DNA of 64,000 nucleotides, taken from Amoebidium appalachense (Eukaryota > Protista > Ichthyosporea). The notes under the pieces are model-generated. The model ran no database searches. It saw nothing but the letters and a program-made list of their open reading frames with translations, and was not told the origin of the DNA. Below are positions 51,446 through 64,000 of this stretch, one piece after another. The stretch is from the NCBI GenBank assembly GCA_963693365.1, contig CAVNZM010000006.1:4240267-4304266 (forward strand), written 5' to 3'. Positions within the stretch are counted from its first letter, which is position 1, and every line of letters starts with the position of its first letter. Position numbers and translations under genes: made by a program.

Positions 51446-53075
51446 ACAAAAAAAAAAAAAAAAGAAAAAAAGAAGACACACAAAAAAGAAAGAAGGAAAG
51501 AAAGAAAGGGGAAAAAGGAGGGGAAAGGGAAAAGAACAAACCAAGCCTTCTCTAGGCCCACCAATACAGACAGTCAACACCAAAACATGACGAATGCCAA
51601 ACGCCCCCCCGTTTGTCTTACACGTATCTTTCAAGATTCTTATTCGTGCCCTTTTGCCTCTGTTTCCTTTTCCGTCCTGTCTTATGCACTCCATGACCCC
51701 CCCCCCTTCCCCCCCCCCCCCCCCCCCCCCTCCCCATCTCCCCTGGGGCCCCCGGGATCCCTGCCCTCTGGTCAGGTTTCCCCCCAAATTACAAATCTAA
51801 GAAAAACCCCTAAGAATAGAATACAAATTGCAACTCACACATTGCAGTGGTCTCTTTGAAATATCCCTGTACTCCCCACTATGTACAGCATTCAAACAAC
51901 CCCCCCTCCCCCCGCCCCCCAAAACCCTCCACCCCTCCCCTCTTTTCCCCCTAGCCCACCCCACGTGGCCACAGCCCACCTTTCCCCATTGTTTCCTGGA
52001 AGTGGGTCCTGCTTCTGGTTACAAGTGCCACATAGGATCATATGATGCTAATCTGTATACTCCGCACAGCCTAGGCAACACAGTCTAACCCCCCTTCCCC
52101 CCCCCCCCCCCCCCCCCCCCCCCCACACACACACACGCGCGCGCGCGTACACACGTACATGTACAAGCAGGGCATGTACGGGAAGAAATTCGAGCCCCCC
52201 TGCATGGCCGGCTTCGAAGCGAGCGGCGTGGTTGTGCAGAACGGGGGAGGGATGATGGGCTATCGTTTGGTGGGGAAGAGGGTTGCCTTATTTGGAAGTG
52301 ACATGTGGGCTGAGTATGCTTTGGCTGACGCAATGGGGGTGGTGGAGCTGCCCAATGACTTCCCATTGGAGAAGGCGGCCAATACGCTGGTGGGTGATGT
52401 GGTGCACTGTGTTCTATGTTTTGTGACATGCGGTTGGGTGGATTTGATGGGACTGTGGTGTGGCGTGTTCTTGGGTTTCTGACATGTGGTTGGTGGATTC
52501 GATGGAATAGTGGTATGGAAAAGATTGTTCTATATTTTGTGCAATGTGATAGGTGTATGGGGACGTGCTCTTGGTTTTGCATCCTGCTATTGGTGGCTGT
52601 AATGGAAGGCATTTCATTGTTTTGATTCCTGCTCTCCCTTTAGCCCTTTCTCTCTCCCCCCAACCCCCCCCCCACTCCCCCCCAACCGCTATGCTCACCA
52701 TTTCCCCCCTCCCCCCTCCTCGGTGCACATGCCCCTGAATCGTTATTCCCTCCGATTGCGATCCCCCATATCCCCCTCCCCCCCCCCCCTTTCCTCCCAA
52801 ACACCCCTCTCCGAACCATCAAAAAATCAATGTAGGCATCAAAAAATCAATGTAGGAGTCGGATGTCTCTCTCGAGCGTTCATTGCCCTCCCACCCAGCT
52901 TCCTTCGTTTCTGCCCTTCCCCTACCCCTCCACCTTCCCCTCCCCTTCCCTCCCTCCCTCTCCCCCCTTGTTTTTTTCCTTCTTAGTGGTTTTTCGGGCT
53001 TAAGAGGAACATCTTGTTGAGGGAGACCTGGTACACTGGGCTCTTTTTTTTCGTATTTATGTACTTTGTGCTGCC

Positions 53076-53114
<39 letters not shown>

Positions 53115-53273
53115 ACACACACACATACGCACACCAGCACCACCACCACCTCCTCCTCCGGGAGAATCGACTCTGCATATGTTGCATAGTAAGTGTGCTC
53201 GTTCTGCATATCTGCATCAGAGATTCCATCGTAACCCTTGTTCCTCGCACTGTGCAGTACATTCTAACCCCCC

Positions 53274-53345
<72 letters not shown>

Positions 53346-53645
53346 TCAACCCCTACACCGTGCTCGGCTTTGTCGAAGTAGCCAAGAACGACGGCCACAC
53401 GTCAATGGTTCACACGGCCGCAGCGAGCGCAGTGGGGAGAATGTTGATCCGTTACGCAAAAAGCGAGGGGGTGGATGTGGTGTGCGTGGTCAGGAGGGAG
53501 GATCAGGCAGAGATATGCAGGAAGGAGGGGGCTAAGGCGGTGGTGGATACGTCCAAGGAGGGGTGGCAGGCGGAGTTGAAGGAGGTTCTGAAGGTGGGTG
53601 TATGTGTTTTTTTTGTTTTGTTGTTTTTTGTTTCTGTGTGTCTGT

Positions 53646-53676
<31 letters not shown>

Positions 53677-53740
53677 GGGGGGGGGGGAGGTGGGGGCGGG
53701 CTATGGGGAGGGGGAAGGGAAGGCGGGGAGAGGAGTGGGG

Positions 53741-53783
<43 letters not shown>

Positions 53784-53889
53784 TTTGGGTGGGTGGGTGG
53801 GTAGGTCTTGTGTGCTTGTGTTTGTGGCTGTGTGTATTAAGGAAGAGTTTTAACCTTCCGATACATCACGTCCCCCTTTTCCCTCCCCC

Positions 53890-53920
<31 letters not shown>

Positions 53921-54103
53921 ACGCCCCTTTCATTCATACCACACACTGATATACACAAACACTGCAGCACCCAGCTCTGTCCACCCCTCACCCTTCATAA
54001 CCATACACGCGTGGTCGCACAAAATAACCAATGTACCACAACCATATCCACATAAATACACACACACAACACACACACATATATACACACGATTACACAT
54101 GCG

Positions 54104-54139
<36 letters not shown>

Positions 54140-54470
54140 GGCCAACAACACCCGCATTGGCTTTGATGCTGTTGGTGGGGAGCTGACTGCACAGGTGCTC
54201 GGAGCCATGCCACGTGGCAGCACGATGCACGTGAGTACAATGCCTGTGATTGGTTTTCCCCCCTTTTTTTCCGGCTTTTCTTTTTTCTTTTTTTTTTTTT
54301 CTGTTTTCAATATTAGTGTTAGTGCACGTGTGTGTGTGTGTGTGTGGATTCCTGTAGATGTGCGTGACGGAGTGGAAGGTGAAAAGGGCATCAGTTCTTT
54401 CTCTCTCTCTCTCTCCTTTTTTTGGGTGGAAGGGGGGGGGGGGAGGATTGCTGATGTTGTTTTCTTCTTC

Positions 54471-54510
<40 letters not shown>

Positions 54511-55410
54511 CCCCCCCCCCCCCCTCTCTCTCTCTTTCTCTTTCTCTCTCTCTCTTTTTCCCCTACGTATACTCTCCAAGCCCACCGTTGGTGCCCACAC
54601 GCTACATACACCATCCACTCACACACAGAACTGAACATTAACCCCCCCCCCTCCCCCCCCCCCTCTCCCCGTTCAGCCCTTAAAGCACACACCTAAATGC
54701 ATTTCCGCATTTCCTTTCAAACCCCCCCCCCCCCCCTCTCTCTCTCTCTTCACTCCCTAACTAAGCACCTACATGCATCAACCCAGACACACATTCAGCT
54801 GACTTTTTTCATTTTTTGCGCACGCGCTCCCCCCCCCCCCCCCCCCCCCCCCCAACACACACACCCTACTCATCCACCTTCTTACCCCTATCCTTTAATA
54901 CATGTGAACGAAAGCCCCCCCCCCCCCCCCCCCCCCCCCCCCGCCCCTGCTTCCGCCGCCGCCGCCACCCTGGACGGGTCCCATTTGTTAGTTTGAACCC
55001 CCCCCCCAAAAAAAAAATCCCTGAACCAATAAACCAACTAACATAACGCAACACAGGTATACGGAGCTCTGAGTGGGTCTCCCACTGCAAACGCCGGAGT
55101 CGGGGATCTGATCTTCCAGGGCAAATCCCTGAAGGGGTTCTGGCTGACGGAATACATAAAGTCAAAGAACCTTATCGGTATGATTATGTGGACACGCAAG
55201 GTCGTGAGTATGCTCCAATCAGAACTCTCCACGACGGTGTCCAAGACCGTTACATTGGACGATCTGGCGGATGGAATTTTGTTCTACATTAAGAATATGA
55301 GCGCGGGAAAAGTTTTGATCAAGATTGCGGGAGATGAAACGGAGGGAAAACAGGCGGAGGAGACAGCGGCACCTGCATCGGATTCCGCGGCAGCCGCTAC
55401 AAGCAGTTAG
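49679..55410 (+). CDS. MDR superfamily oxidoreductase (zinc-independent NADPH:quinone reductase / enoyl-thioester reductase-like), 365 aa, 6 exons
   Basis: Exons 49679-49756, 50535-50642, 52171-52389, 53345-53593, 54141-54230, 55057-55410. Motifs MKAVV, PKPGQVLVKIHYSTVNPSD, AGFEASGVV, WAEY, AANTLVNPYT, HTAAASAVG, FDAVGG, VYGALSG, DLIFQGKSLKGFWL, GKVLI. Confidence 0.92.
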
Positions 55411-55938
55411 TCAGGATAACAAAAAATGTCCTTTTTTTCATATGTTTACTGATAGATATGTAGGTTGGTTTTTTTTGTTTGTTTGTTTGTTTGGTTGTTT
55501 TTTTTTTGTTTGTTTTTTTTGTTTTTTTTTTTTGTTTGTTTGTTTGTTTTTGCCCCTTCACTGACTAAAGGTGTGTGTGTGTGTGTGTGTGTGTGTGCAG
55601 CTGGGGAGGTGGGAACATTGATAAGGACTCGGGAGGTGGGAAGAGGGGAAGGGGGGGGGGGGGGGGGGCGCAGGGCGGGGGTGTGTACTGTACTGCGTTT
55701 GTTTGGGGGGGGGGGGGGGGGGGGGAGGGGGGGTTGTATGCGCTACACGACACTATAAATTGCCTAAACTAGAAAAGGAGTGGTGTGTGCACTGGACAGG
55801 AAGATAAGGAAGGGAGGGGGGATGAGGGGTAAATACATACATACCAAAAATCCAACCAAGATCGAGAGGGGGGGGGGGGGGGGTTCACGGTGCCGATGTC
55901 CATGTTTGTGAATGTCTGTGTGTGTATGGTGGGTGGGT

Positions 55939-56035
<97 letters not shown>

Positions 56036-56457
56036 TTGAGTGTGAGCAAGAGCTGTGGGTGTGAGTGTGAGTGTGGGTGTGGGTGTGTGCATTCGTGCTT
56101 GTGTCCACGTACACGTGTGATTTCAAAAAAGTCGAAAGCGCCAGTGACACCCATGTTGAAAAAAAGACAAGCAAGCACGCTAAGAAGGACAGCAAGAAGT
56201 AATAGAAACCCTTTCATGCCGAAAAAATGGTCAAGAACAAAGAAGTGGAGGACACGTAACTATAGTCTGATAGTTGTGACTAAGGGCACTAAGGCTAACA
56301 CGTACTGACGTGTTGCCGCACGTGCGAAGTTTTAACATCTACGGTCCCTTTTAAGTAATAAAAAAAAAAAAAAAAAAAAAAAAAGAAAGGAGACACCGCC
56401 TCAGTAGGTGGTAGGCACTAAGGGCACCAAGCTGATGCACCCGCGCGCGCGAGCCGA

Positions 56458-58090
56458 AATCATCAATAGTGAAACTATTTCGATTGGTTCTTCGAATCCT
56501 GTCCTGATTGGTGGAAACATTCATTGGTCTTCAGAACCAAATGAAGTGTTTCCATCCAATCATGGACTGGCGCTGAGTGAGGCTGCTGGCTATAAACGCA
56601 GCAGCCGAACGAAGCCTTCAATCAGTCTTCCCTCACTCAGCGCCCTTCCAAACGCTGAGTTGTTAGCTGGGGCTCACGTTAGCTTGATCGGCTTCGGTAT
56701 CACGGTTTCAACATGGCTTCCTCTCCTGTTTACGCTGAACGTCTCGTCGAGTTCCTGCCCAGGGCAGAGGACACTACTCCCGATGCCCGCGAGCAGCGCT
56801 GGGCTCCGCCCCCGTCCGGCGTCTCCTTAAAGGCCCGCGTGCAAGTGGCCCAGATTTCCCCGGCCACCCGGGACTTCCCAACCTCTTGTGTGAGTACGGT
56901 CTCGTCACCGGCCCTGAGGCACTGGACCCCCAGTGGGGTTGGCTTGACCGTCTGTCCGCTGGCGCCCGTGAAGAGGTTACCGTCCTCATCGGCGCTATGT
57001 CTGCCCTCATTCAAGGTTCCAGCCTTGCCGCCGCCAAGGCCGTCACGGAGAGGCAGCTTGTCGAGCTCCTCCTGCAGTACCAGAGTGACGTCCTCCGGCT
57101 ATTGGCTTCCCGTGTCAATTATCAGAAAATGGTTGCCCAACATGGCCGGGCCATCGCCGACTTTGCCCAAGCTGAAGTTCAAGGTGCCCGGGGCCTGGAT
57201 TACCTCCCCGAGTACCAGAAGGGACTGAAGGCCGCCAAGCAGAAGGCCGCCAGCCTCCAGCTCGCCAATGCCGCCCGAGCCCGCCATGGTTTCGGTTCTT
57301 CCGACGATCTGCCCGACTCCCAGCCCGGTGGCACCCGTGGGCGGGAGGTCCCCTCTCGTGGGGCCCCCTCCCCAGGTGATCGGTTCAGCTGAATTCCATT
57401 TGTTCGTCCCGTACTTTCCCCACTCGCGGTACAGGGGCGTAGGAGCATCGTGAGTGGGCCTGCTGGCGTCGTCGGCCCACGTGCGTCGAGTTTATCCGCC
57501 GCGACGTCGCCCAGGGTCAAGCCATTTATGTACACTAGTTCTAGCAGTTTTATTTCTTACAAGCTTAAGATTAATTCGTGGCTCTAGTCTCCGTAGTAGG
57601 TAGTTTGTATCGTTCGCCCTCAGATGTCGTTGGTCGCAGTAGCAATGGGATTCTCAGCCCGGAAGCCAATCATCAATAGTGAAACTATTTCGATTGGTTG
57701 TGACATGGTTCTTCGAATCCTGTCCTGATTGGTGGAAACATTCATTGGTCTTCAGAACCAAATGAAGTGTTTCCATCCAATCATGGACTGGCGCTGAGTG
57801 AGGCTGCTGGCTATAAACGCAGCAGCCGAACGAAGCCTTCAATCAGTCTTCCCTCACTCAGCGCCCTTTCACCCACCCATCCCGCCCGCATTTTCCTTGC
57901 TCTCACTCAGTTTGCACACACGTGGTTGTAGGTAGGCACGCCTTTCTAGACCACAGCCGAGGGCGTGGCTTTCTCTTTATGCAGTTCTCTGTAGATTTCG
58001 ACGGCAACCGGATTGCCCAAACCTGTAGCCGATCTCAGCTGACAGAGCCCAATAATAAAGCGAAAGCAATGGGATTCTCAGAAGCCAATC
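56458..58090 (+). mobile_element. Split-direct-repeat element (A1-ORF-B1/A2-spacer-B2), probable non-autonomous tyrosine-recombinase (Ngaro/PAT-like) retroelement
   Basis: A1 56458-56647 equals A2 57668-57868 except an 11-nt indel. B1 57641-57671 (agcaatgggattctcagcccggaagccaatc) matches B2 58065-58090 (agcaatgggattctcagaagccaatc). No TG...CA termini, no RT or recombinase inside. Confidence 0.6.
56713..57392 (+). CDS. Intronless helical ORF inside the split-repeat element (gag-like ORF1 candidate, ~226 aa with one frameshift)
   Basis: ATG 56713 lies ~120 nt after TATAAA 56591. The -1 frame is open from 56739 to 57392 (…LLCEYGLVTGPEALDPQWGWLDRL…KGLKAAKQKAASLQLANAARAR…RGREVPSRG). A likely shift point is the C5 run at 56809-56813. 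Strong GC3 codon bias; no recognisable family motif. Confidence 0.55.
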
Positions 58091-58372
58091 TATTTTTACC
58101 TTTTCCCTAATCAGGCGCGGCGGGTAGATCTAGGCATGCGATTTAATCGAATTTTATTCTAGTCTATTCTATGGAGTGCGTCTGCAGCACAATGATTGGT
58201 CCACGGCTCGAGGTATCTGCAGATCAAGCAGAAAACAGAACATTCGAATTTTTATATTATATTTTTTTTTATAATGACTTTATTGATGTGCGAATTCCCC
58301 CCCCCCCCCCCCCCCCCCCCCCACAAGGAAGAGAGAGAGAGAGAAAGGGGGAGAGAGAGAGAGTGAGTGAGT

Positions 58373-58436
<64 letters not shown>

Positions 58437-59292
58437 TATTCTAAGGGGGCCGACAAGGAGAGCTAGACAGGGCTGCTACCTTTGGAGGTAGCTCTTATTT
58501 TTCAAGGCTGAAAAAACTCTCCTTCCGAAGCGACTGATAACGCGCCAACTCATACCCTTGAAAAATAGACTCGCCAGAGTATACTCTGGTCATACGTCGG
58601 CTGAGGCCACAGTCGAACGTGGCAGTCTGCAGTAAACAGGGAGACAGAGGGGGAGATTATTGATCATGACCAGATCAAGATCTATCGCCGTTGGTTCGGA
58701 TAGCAAAAGTTCGAATTATCCCGACAAGCCGACATTCATTGAAAGTGTTCGCATGTGCCCGTTTCAGGCACTTCAACCCTTTAACACGTAAATTAGGACC
58801 ACGTTCACAATATGCCTCACTGCATGTACTGAAATACTGTAAGAAGTTCTGCTACAATGACAATAATCTCTAGCTAATTAGTCTAATAATTACAATAGCT
58901 ACGTCGACTAAGCTGCAGCAGGAGAGTACTGACGACGACGGGCATCACAACTTCTGAAGTGTTCCTCAAAACACACACAAAAAACATCAGATTCTGTTCA
59001 TGGTCGAATGAAGTTCTATGATTTGGAATCTGTCACATGCCCACTTGCTTCTTTTGGTCTTCTTTTTTTCCCAAACTTGATGAGTCCGCTAGACTGCCAC
59101 TGATTTTTCCTACCTGTGTAGCAAGCAAATACTGGTGTAGTTAGTTAGACAGGTAGCTGGTTGTCGTCGTGCAAAAAACCACCACAACATTATAATTTCT
59201 TCTTAAACGACAGGCATACACTTAAGAGTTTGCAGCACACCTTTACCAAGAATGCACTGACGAAGTTATAATTTCCCTTAAAAAACACAAAC

Positions 59293-60721
59293 ATGGATTC
59301 TCCTGGTGGCTCCATGATTCTGGTCCCAGACACCGACGGTTTGTGTGCTGGTAGTGGTTCTCCTTCCGGCGGCACGAAAACAGAGAAAAACAGCGAATCA
59401 AAATCCCAACTACTGCAAGAGTCCAGAGTTTCGAAGAACTTGAATGTTGTTCAAAGCTTCGACGCTTTCGGCGGCAGGGCAGGGAGCACATATGTGTCCT
59501 CCCCCGTTTCGAGTTTTGTTTTCTCGTCATCAAACCAGAAAAACAATCAAAGGTTTGGGCCCAGGTACCACCGCCTAACTTTCATAACGTTCCTATGCGG
59601 CTTTTCGTTTTTGCTTGCAGTTGAGTCCGTTACCCTTTTCCTGTCTCTGAAAGCATTTCCGGACGATTTGTCGTTTGTGAGCGAGCTGAGGGTGAAAAAA
59701 AGTCGAGATCGAAATGGACATTAAGACGTTCACAAAACAACTAACAGAAGGGAAAACACCAGCATTGAAACTCGCCGCCATCAGAACGATGCAGGCTTCC
59801 GCCGCAGAAACACTACGCTGGTACAGTGGCCAAAAGGACAAATCCAACAAAGTAATGGTGTACCAATGCGTAGCCAGTGCCATACACATTCTGATCTTTT
59901 TCGCCGTTTTGTTCTTCACCTATCGATACCGCAACCACCCGGCCGTCAAGTCTCGAAGCGTCCCATTCCTCGTTCATCTGTTTATATCTACGGCCCTGCT
60001 TCAAATCGTCGCCGTTATGATTATTTACGCCTCGACTCTCCAAACGTTGCCTTACCCGCCCTTAAATCGAAAGGTCGACCTAGGTTGGCTCAAATACATG
60101 GAGGAAAAGGCGGGAAAAACAGAGGCATTATACTTTAGCATGGTGGCGGCTTCTCTCTATTGCCTCGCATTCTTCGCGAACGCCATCGTACAACGACAGC
60201 GAATCATTTGTCTCATTTTTATCGATCCGTTTGCGACCCAAAAGAACCCCGGCTGGCAATACTACACGCTGCTGCCCTTGTTTCTCATTATGGGTACCAC
60301 ATCGTGTATCCCAGTATGGATAGAGGTCTACGCCAAGAAACTCGAGGACAAGGAGTGGACGAGTAACTATTTCTTTGCTGGTGCGTGGGCCACGTTGATA
60401 ACTTACGGGTCGTTGTGGGTATACTACAACCTACGCACAAAGCAAGCCGATTTAATGTTTAGCGATTACCACGCAAACATCCGCTCTGTGATTGTTTTGC
60501 AAGGTATGTTTGCTGGTATGATGATCTTTGCCCATTTCCACTTCTATGGCCCCAGCACTATTTACCTCTCCGTGGTGGTGACTCGCCTACCGAGTTCGTC
60601 GTATGTTTTGGACCAGTTTTGGTGTCAGGTAGTGCAGGCACGTTTGTTTAGTGCGGAAAAATCTCAGAGGACAAATGTAGCAACAATCTTCACGGGAACT
60701 GTGGCTACGAGTAGCCATTGA
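59293..60721 (+). CDS. Intronless 7TM receptor-like membrane protein (~475 aa if the A7 frameshift at ~59695-59701 is corrected; otherwise 335 aa from 59714)
   Basis: About seven hydrophobic segments in 59714-60721, with YRNHPAVKSRSVPFL after TM1, like the first intracellular loop of class C/RGS-type 7TM proteins. Deleting one A in gtgAAAAAAAgtc fuses the upstream ORF (S-rich N-terminus plus an extra TM) as RVKKVEIEMDIK. Confidence 0.7.
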
Positions 60722-61247
60722 GTGGCCTTCAACTTGTCAAAGGTAGATAGCGTAATGCATAAGCGTATGATACTAATGGTTTGAGTTACTGTAATGAAAG
60801 TACTGAGAGTTTGTGATTGAGACATTGAAAGTAGATGTGAAATTTTTCGCTTAGTAGTGTGTAATGGCATCATCGCTGTTCGATTGTTACTTTAAGTTGT
60901 CAATGACATGAGGGTGTAGTATGTTATAACTTTTTTTTCGAGTAGTAGAACCTCACACGCTGGTCTTATCTAAGTTGTGTTTAGTTTAAAGAGTTGGACT
61001 GCTGTAAGACTTGGTAGTTGATCGGTCTCGTTTTCTTCCTTCTTTTAAGAAACAACCGAATTAATTTTTTTGTTTTTATTTATATATTATATAAGAATAT
61101 AAAGAGGGATTTCTTTTGAAGATGAATATACGTGCCTACCCTCCAAATCCGAGTCCAATTTGGGGAGCAAACCCAACATGCTCATGGGCCTCTCGAGCTC
61201 ACCAATTCAATGCACTGCTTAGCCTTAGCCTGTGTGCGCCCATGCAT

Positions 61248-61294
<47 letters not shown>

Positions 61295-61564
61295 AAAGGA
61301 AAGAAAAGAAAGAAAAAAGAAAGAAAGAATGTAAGAAAAAGAAAGAAAGAATGTAAGAAAAAAAGACTTTCTCCGTGCCCGTGGTGTCCAAGGCCTTCGT
61401 CCTTTCTCGTAAAATTCGGGTCAACCCGATGATATGTGTGTATTAGTCTACTTATTCGACACATGACTATGATGGGCAGCAAAAGCTTGAAGGGAAAGAA
61501 GAGGGTGTTGGGAACGGTGACGAGGACACGGGAAAATGTGTGCGTGTGTGTCTGTCTGTCTGTC

Positions 61565-61619
<55 letters not shown>

Positions 61620-62458
61620 CGGTTGTTTGTTTTTTGTGTGTGTGTTTGTTTTCAGTGTGTGTGTGTGTGTGCGTGCGTGTGTGCGTGTGTGTGCGCACGC
61701 GCATGTGTTTTTGTGTGTGTGTCAGGTGATAAGAGTTTGTTTGTGCGACCTTTACACAGCACAAACACGATGTCTGCCAACGGTGCCACAATGTGTCTGT
61801 TTATGCCTGTGTGTCCCACCAACAGTAACTTTCAAGTGTGTCTTTCTGCCGCACGGTGTGCGTGGCCCCGGCCGGGGGGGGGGGGGGGGAGGGGGAGGGA
61901 GGGGGGGGGAGGGGGAGGGGGAGGGGGGGGGGGGGGGGGGGGGGGGGAGGGGGGAGGTTGGTATATTTGAGAGTGTGACTGTAACTATCTGTGTTTTTGT
62001 GTGTCTGTAGATGCAGTTAGATCTTTAATAACAACCCCTCCCCCCCCCCCCCCCCCCCCCCCCCGGCCGCCGCCTTTTTCCCCGAAGGAAAAAACGCGTG
62101 ATGGCACTGCATGTTCTTATATGTTTTTTTTTCAGCCGCCGGCATGTGGAGGAGGGGGGGGGTGAGGGGGGGGGGGGGGGGGGGAATAGTCGAGGCCAAG
62201 GAGGGAGACTCAGGGCCGGGGGAGGGTGTGTGTGGTGGTGGTGGTGGGTTGGGGGCCTCGGTGGAGGAGGGGGGGGGACGGGGAGGGGGGAAGGGGGGGG
62301 GGCCAGCAACGAGATTTAAGTTCAAGTAGTATGTTTCAAAGCTTGGCTAGTCCGCCATCAAGTGACGGCCGTGACCTTAAAATCTGACTGCTACCGCACC
62401 GTCTTATAAAAACTACGTTTAAGGCTTGACTGCCAACTTTGTTCCCATTGGCCTACTT

Positions 62459-62495
<37 letters not shown>

Positions 62496-62782
62496 TAGTT
62501 TAAGTGAAAACTTGTACGGCTGCCCCAAATGATTGGCCTGCCATGGGAAATCTACATCGGAATCGTTTGCTTCGCTCAGAAACTGACTGTTAAAGTCAAC
62601 CCGTCAACCAATCGCATCCCCCTGCCTTGTGCCGATTGGCTCAGAAAGTCAGTGCAAGCACTGTAACCACCCCTGTCTGGCAGATGAACCTTTTTCTGGG
62701 GTGGAACCGTGCGGGAGGTGTTCCAAAATTTGGGGGTGGGGTTGGGGCGGAGGTTGTGTGTGTGTTTGTGTGTGTGTGTGTG

Positions 62783-62817
<35 letters not shown>

Positions 62818-63096
62818 GGGGGGGGAGGGGGGACATGATGTCTTGCTCAAAGCGTGGGCGGGTCCTGGATTGAAAGTGCATGTATGCCGTTTCCAGAGTC
62901 ACAAAAACACGGCTTCTAGAGCCCAAAATCGCAACGTACACTTTCTTTTTTTTTTATTTAGTTAAAGCTGGAGCTGTTATTGGGGTTTTTCTTTCTGTTC
63001 CAAGACGTTGTTTAGCCTTGGAGTCTTAATAAAACTTCTCTCTCGGTTAAATACAGTTACACAACACACACACACACACACACACAGACACACACA

Positions 63097-63156
<60 letters not shown>

Positions 63157-63733
63157 CACACACACACACACACACACGCACGCACGCACACACACACACC
63201 GTGACACACACATGCCCCAGGCACACACACAAAAACATGCCACACATGTGCCTTCGACAACCCCCCCCCTTACCCCTGCGCACGCCTCCTCCTCCCGTTC
63301 CCCCTCCATACCCGACCTCGCACTCTCTCCGAGCAGCCCCCACACCTTCCAAATCACCCAAAAAAAGGCCCCCCAGTCTTCAGAGGGGGGAAGAAGGGGG
63401 AACCCTGGGGCGGGGCTGGGGGGAGGGGGGGGGGGGGGGGGGGGAGGGAGGATATGGGTATGTGCGCGGGCTGCCCTGCATTGTATGTACTCTGATCAGT
63501 GTTTGGGCCGCTTTACCATGCACATGCTTGCAGCCTGTATGTGGAATTACTATAATGCACCTATAAGGGACTTTTGATTTTGAGAATGGGGAGGGGCGGG
63601 GAGGGGAAGGGGGAGAGAGAGTAGTAAATATCAACGTGCCCCTGGTGGAACCCCCTCCCCCTCCTTTCGAGAAGGGGGGGGGGGGTACCCCCTCCATCAA
63701 AAGGATTGGGTCCCCCCCCCCCCCCCCCATCCC

Positions 63734-63766
<33 letters not shown>

Positions 63767-63851
63767 TCCAGGTAGCCGCAGGGGTGGGTGGTTCCCCCCT
63801 GGAGATGGGAGTATCCACCTCAGCTGATACCGAATGTCCCAGGGCAGCCCG

Positions 63852-63884
<33 letters not shown>

Positions 63885-64000
63885 GGGGAACCCAACTAAT
63901 TGATTTTCTTAGTCTTTATGGTGCTTCGTAGAGTAAGAAAACCCTGATATATATCAACACCAGACATTTATGTACTTGATCATGATATACCGCTGATGGG

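Noticed and set aside
56458-57868. Canonical LTR retrotransposon or TRIM
   Set aside because: The repeats lack TG...CA ends, PBS/PPT and a 4-6 bp TSD. The extra B1/B2 repeat fits a split-repeat element better.
61360-63060. Possible exons of a further gene
   Set aside because: Short complex patches between microsatellites, but no consistent splice or phase chain and no recognisable protein motif.

Overview
Intron-rich eukaryotic genomic DNA. The fungal-type Pkc1 architecture and class V myosin suggest a unicellular opisthokont such as an ichthyosporean-like holozoan (inference only). Introns and intergenic DNA are saturated with (CA)n/(TG)n, (GA)n and poly-C/poly-G tracts, which account for almost all ORFs in the supplied track. 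Hand-splicing gives five intron-containing genes: the 5' end of a myosin V (-), a 6-exon YcnI/DUF1775-like His-brace membrane protein (+), a 22-exon HR1-HR1-C2-C1-C1-kinase protein kinase C (+), a 6-exon tRNA dimethylallyltransferase (-), and, head-to-head with it, a 6-exon MDR-family oxidoreductase (+). Two intronless genes are each split by a 1-nt homopolymer frameshift: a Pro/Thr-stalk surface protein (-) and a 7TM receptor-like protein (+). Mobile DNA includes a decayed LINE ending in (CA)n, a poly(A) retroposed insert, an intronic repeat family that ends in poly-C, and a 1.6-kb element with split direct repeats (A1-ORF-B1-A2-B2) resembling a non-autonomous tyrosine-recombinase retroelement. 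The most notable leads are the eukaryotic YcnI-like copper-site protein, that split-repeat element, in-frame 'echo' copies of kinase exon ends, a possible internal kinase-only PKC promoter, and microsatellite-shaped splice sites.
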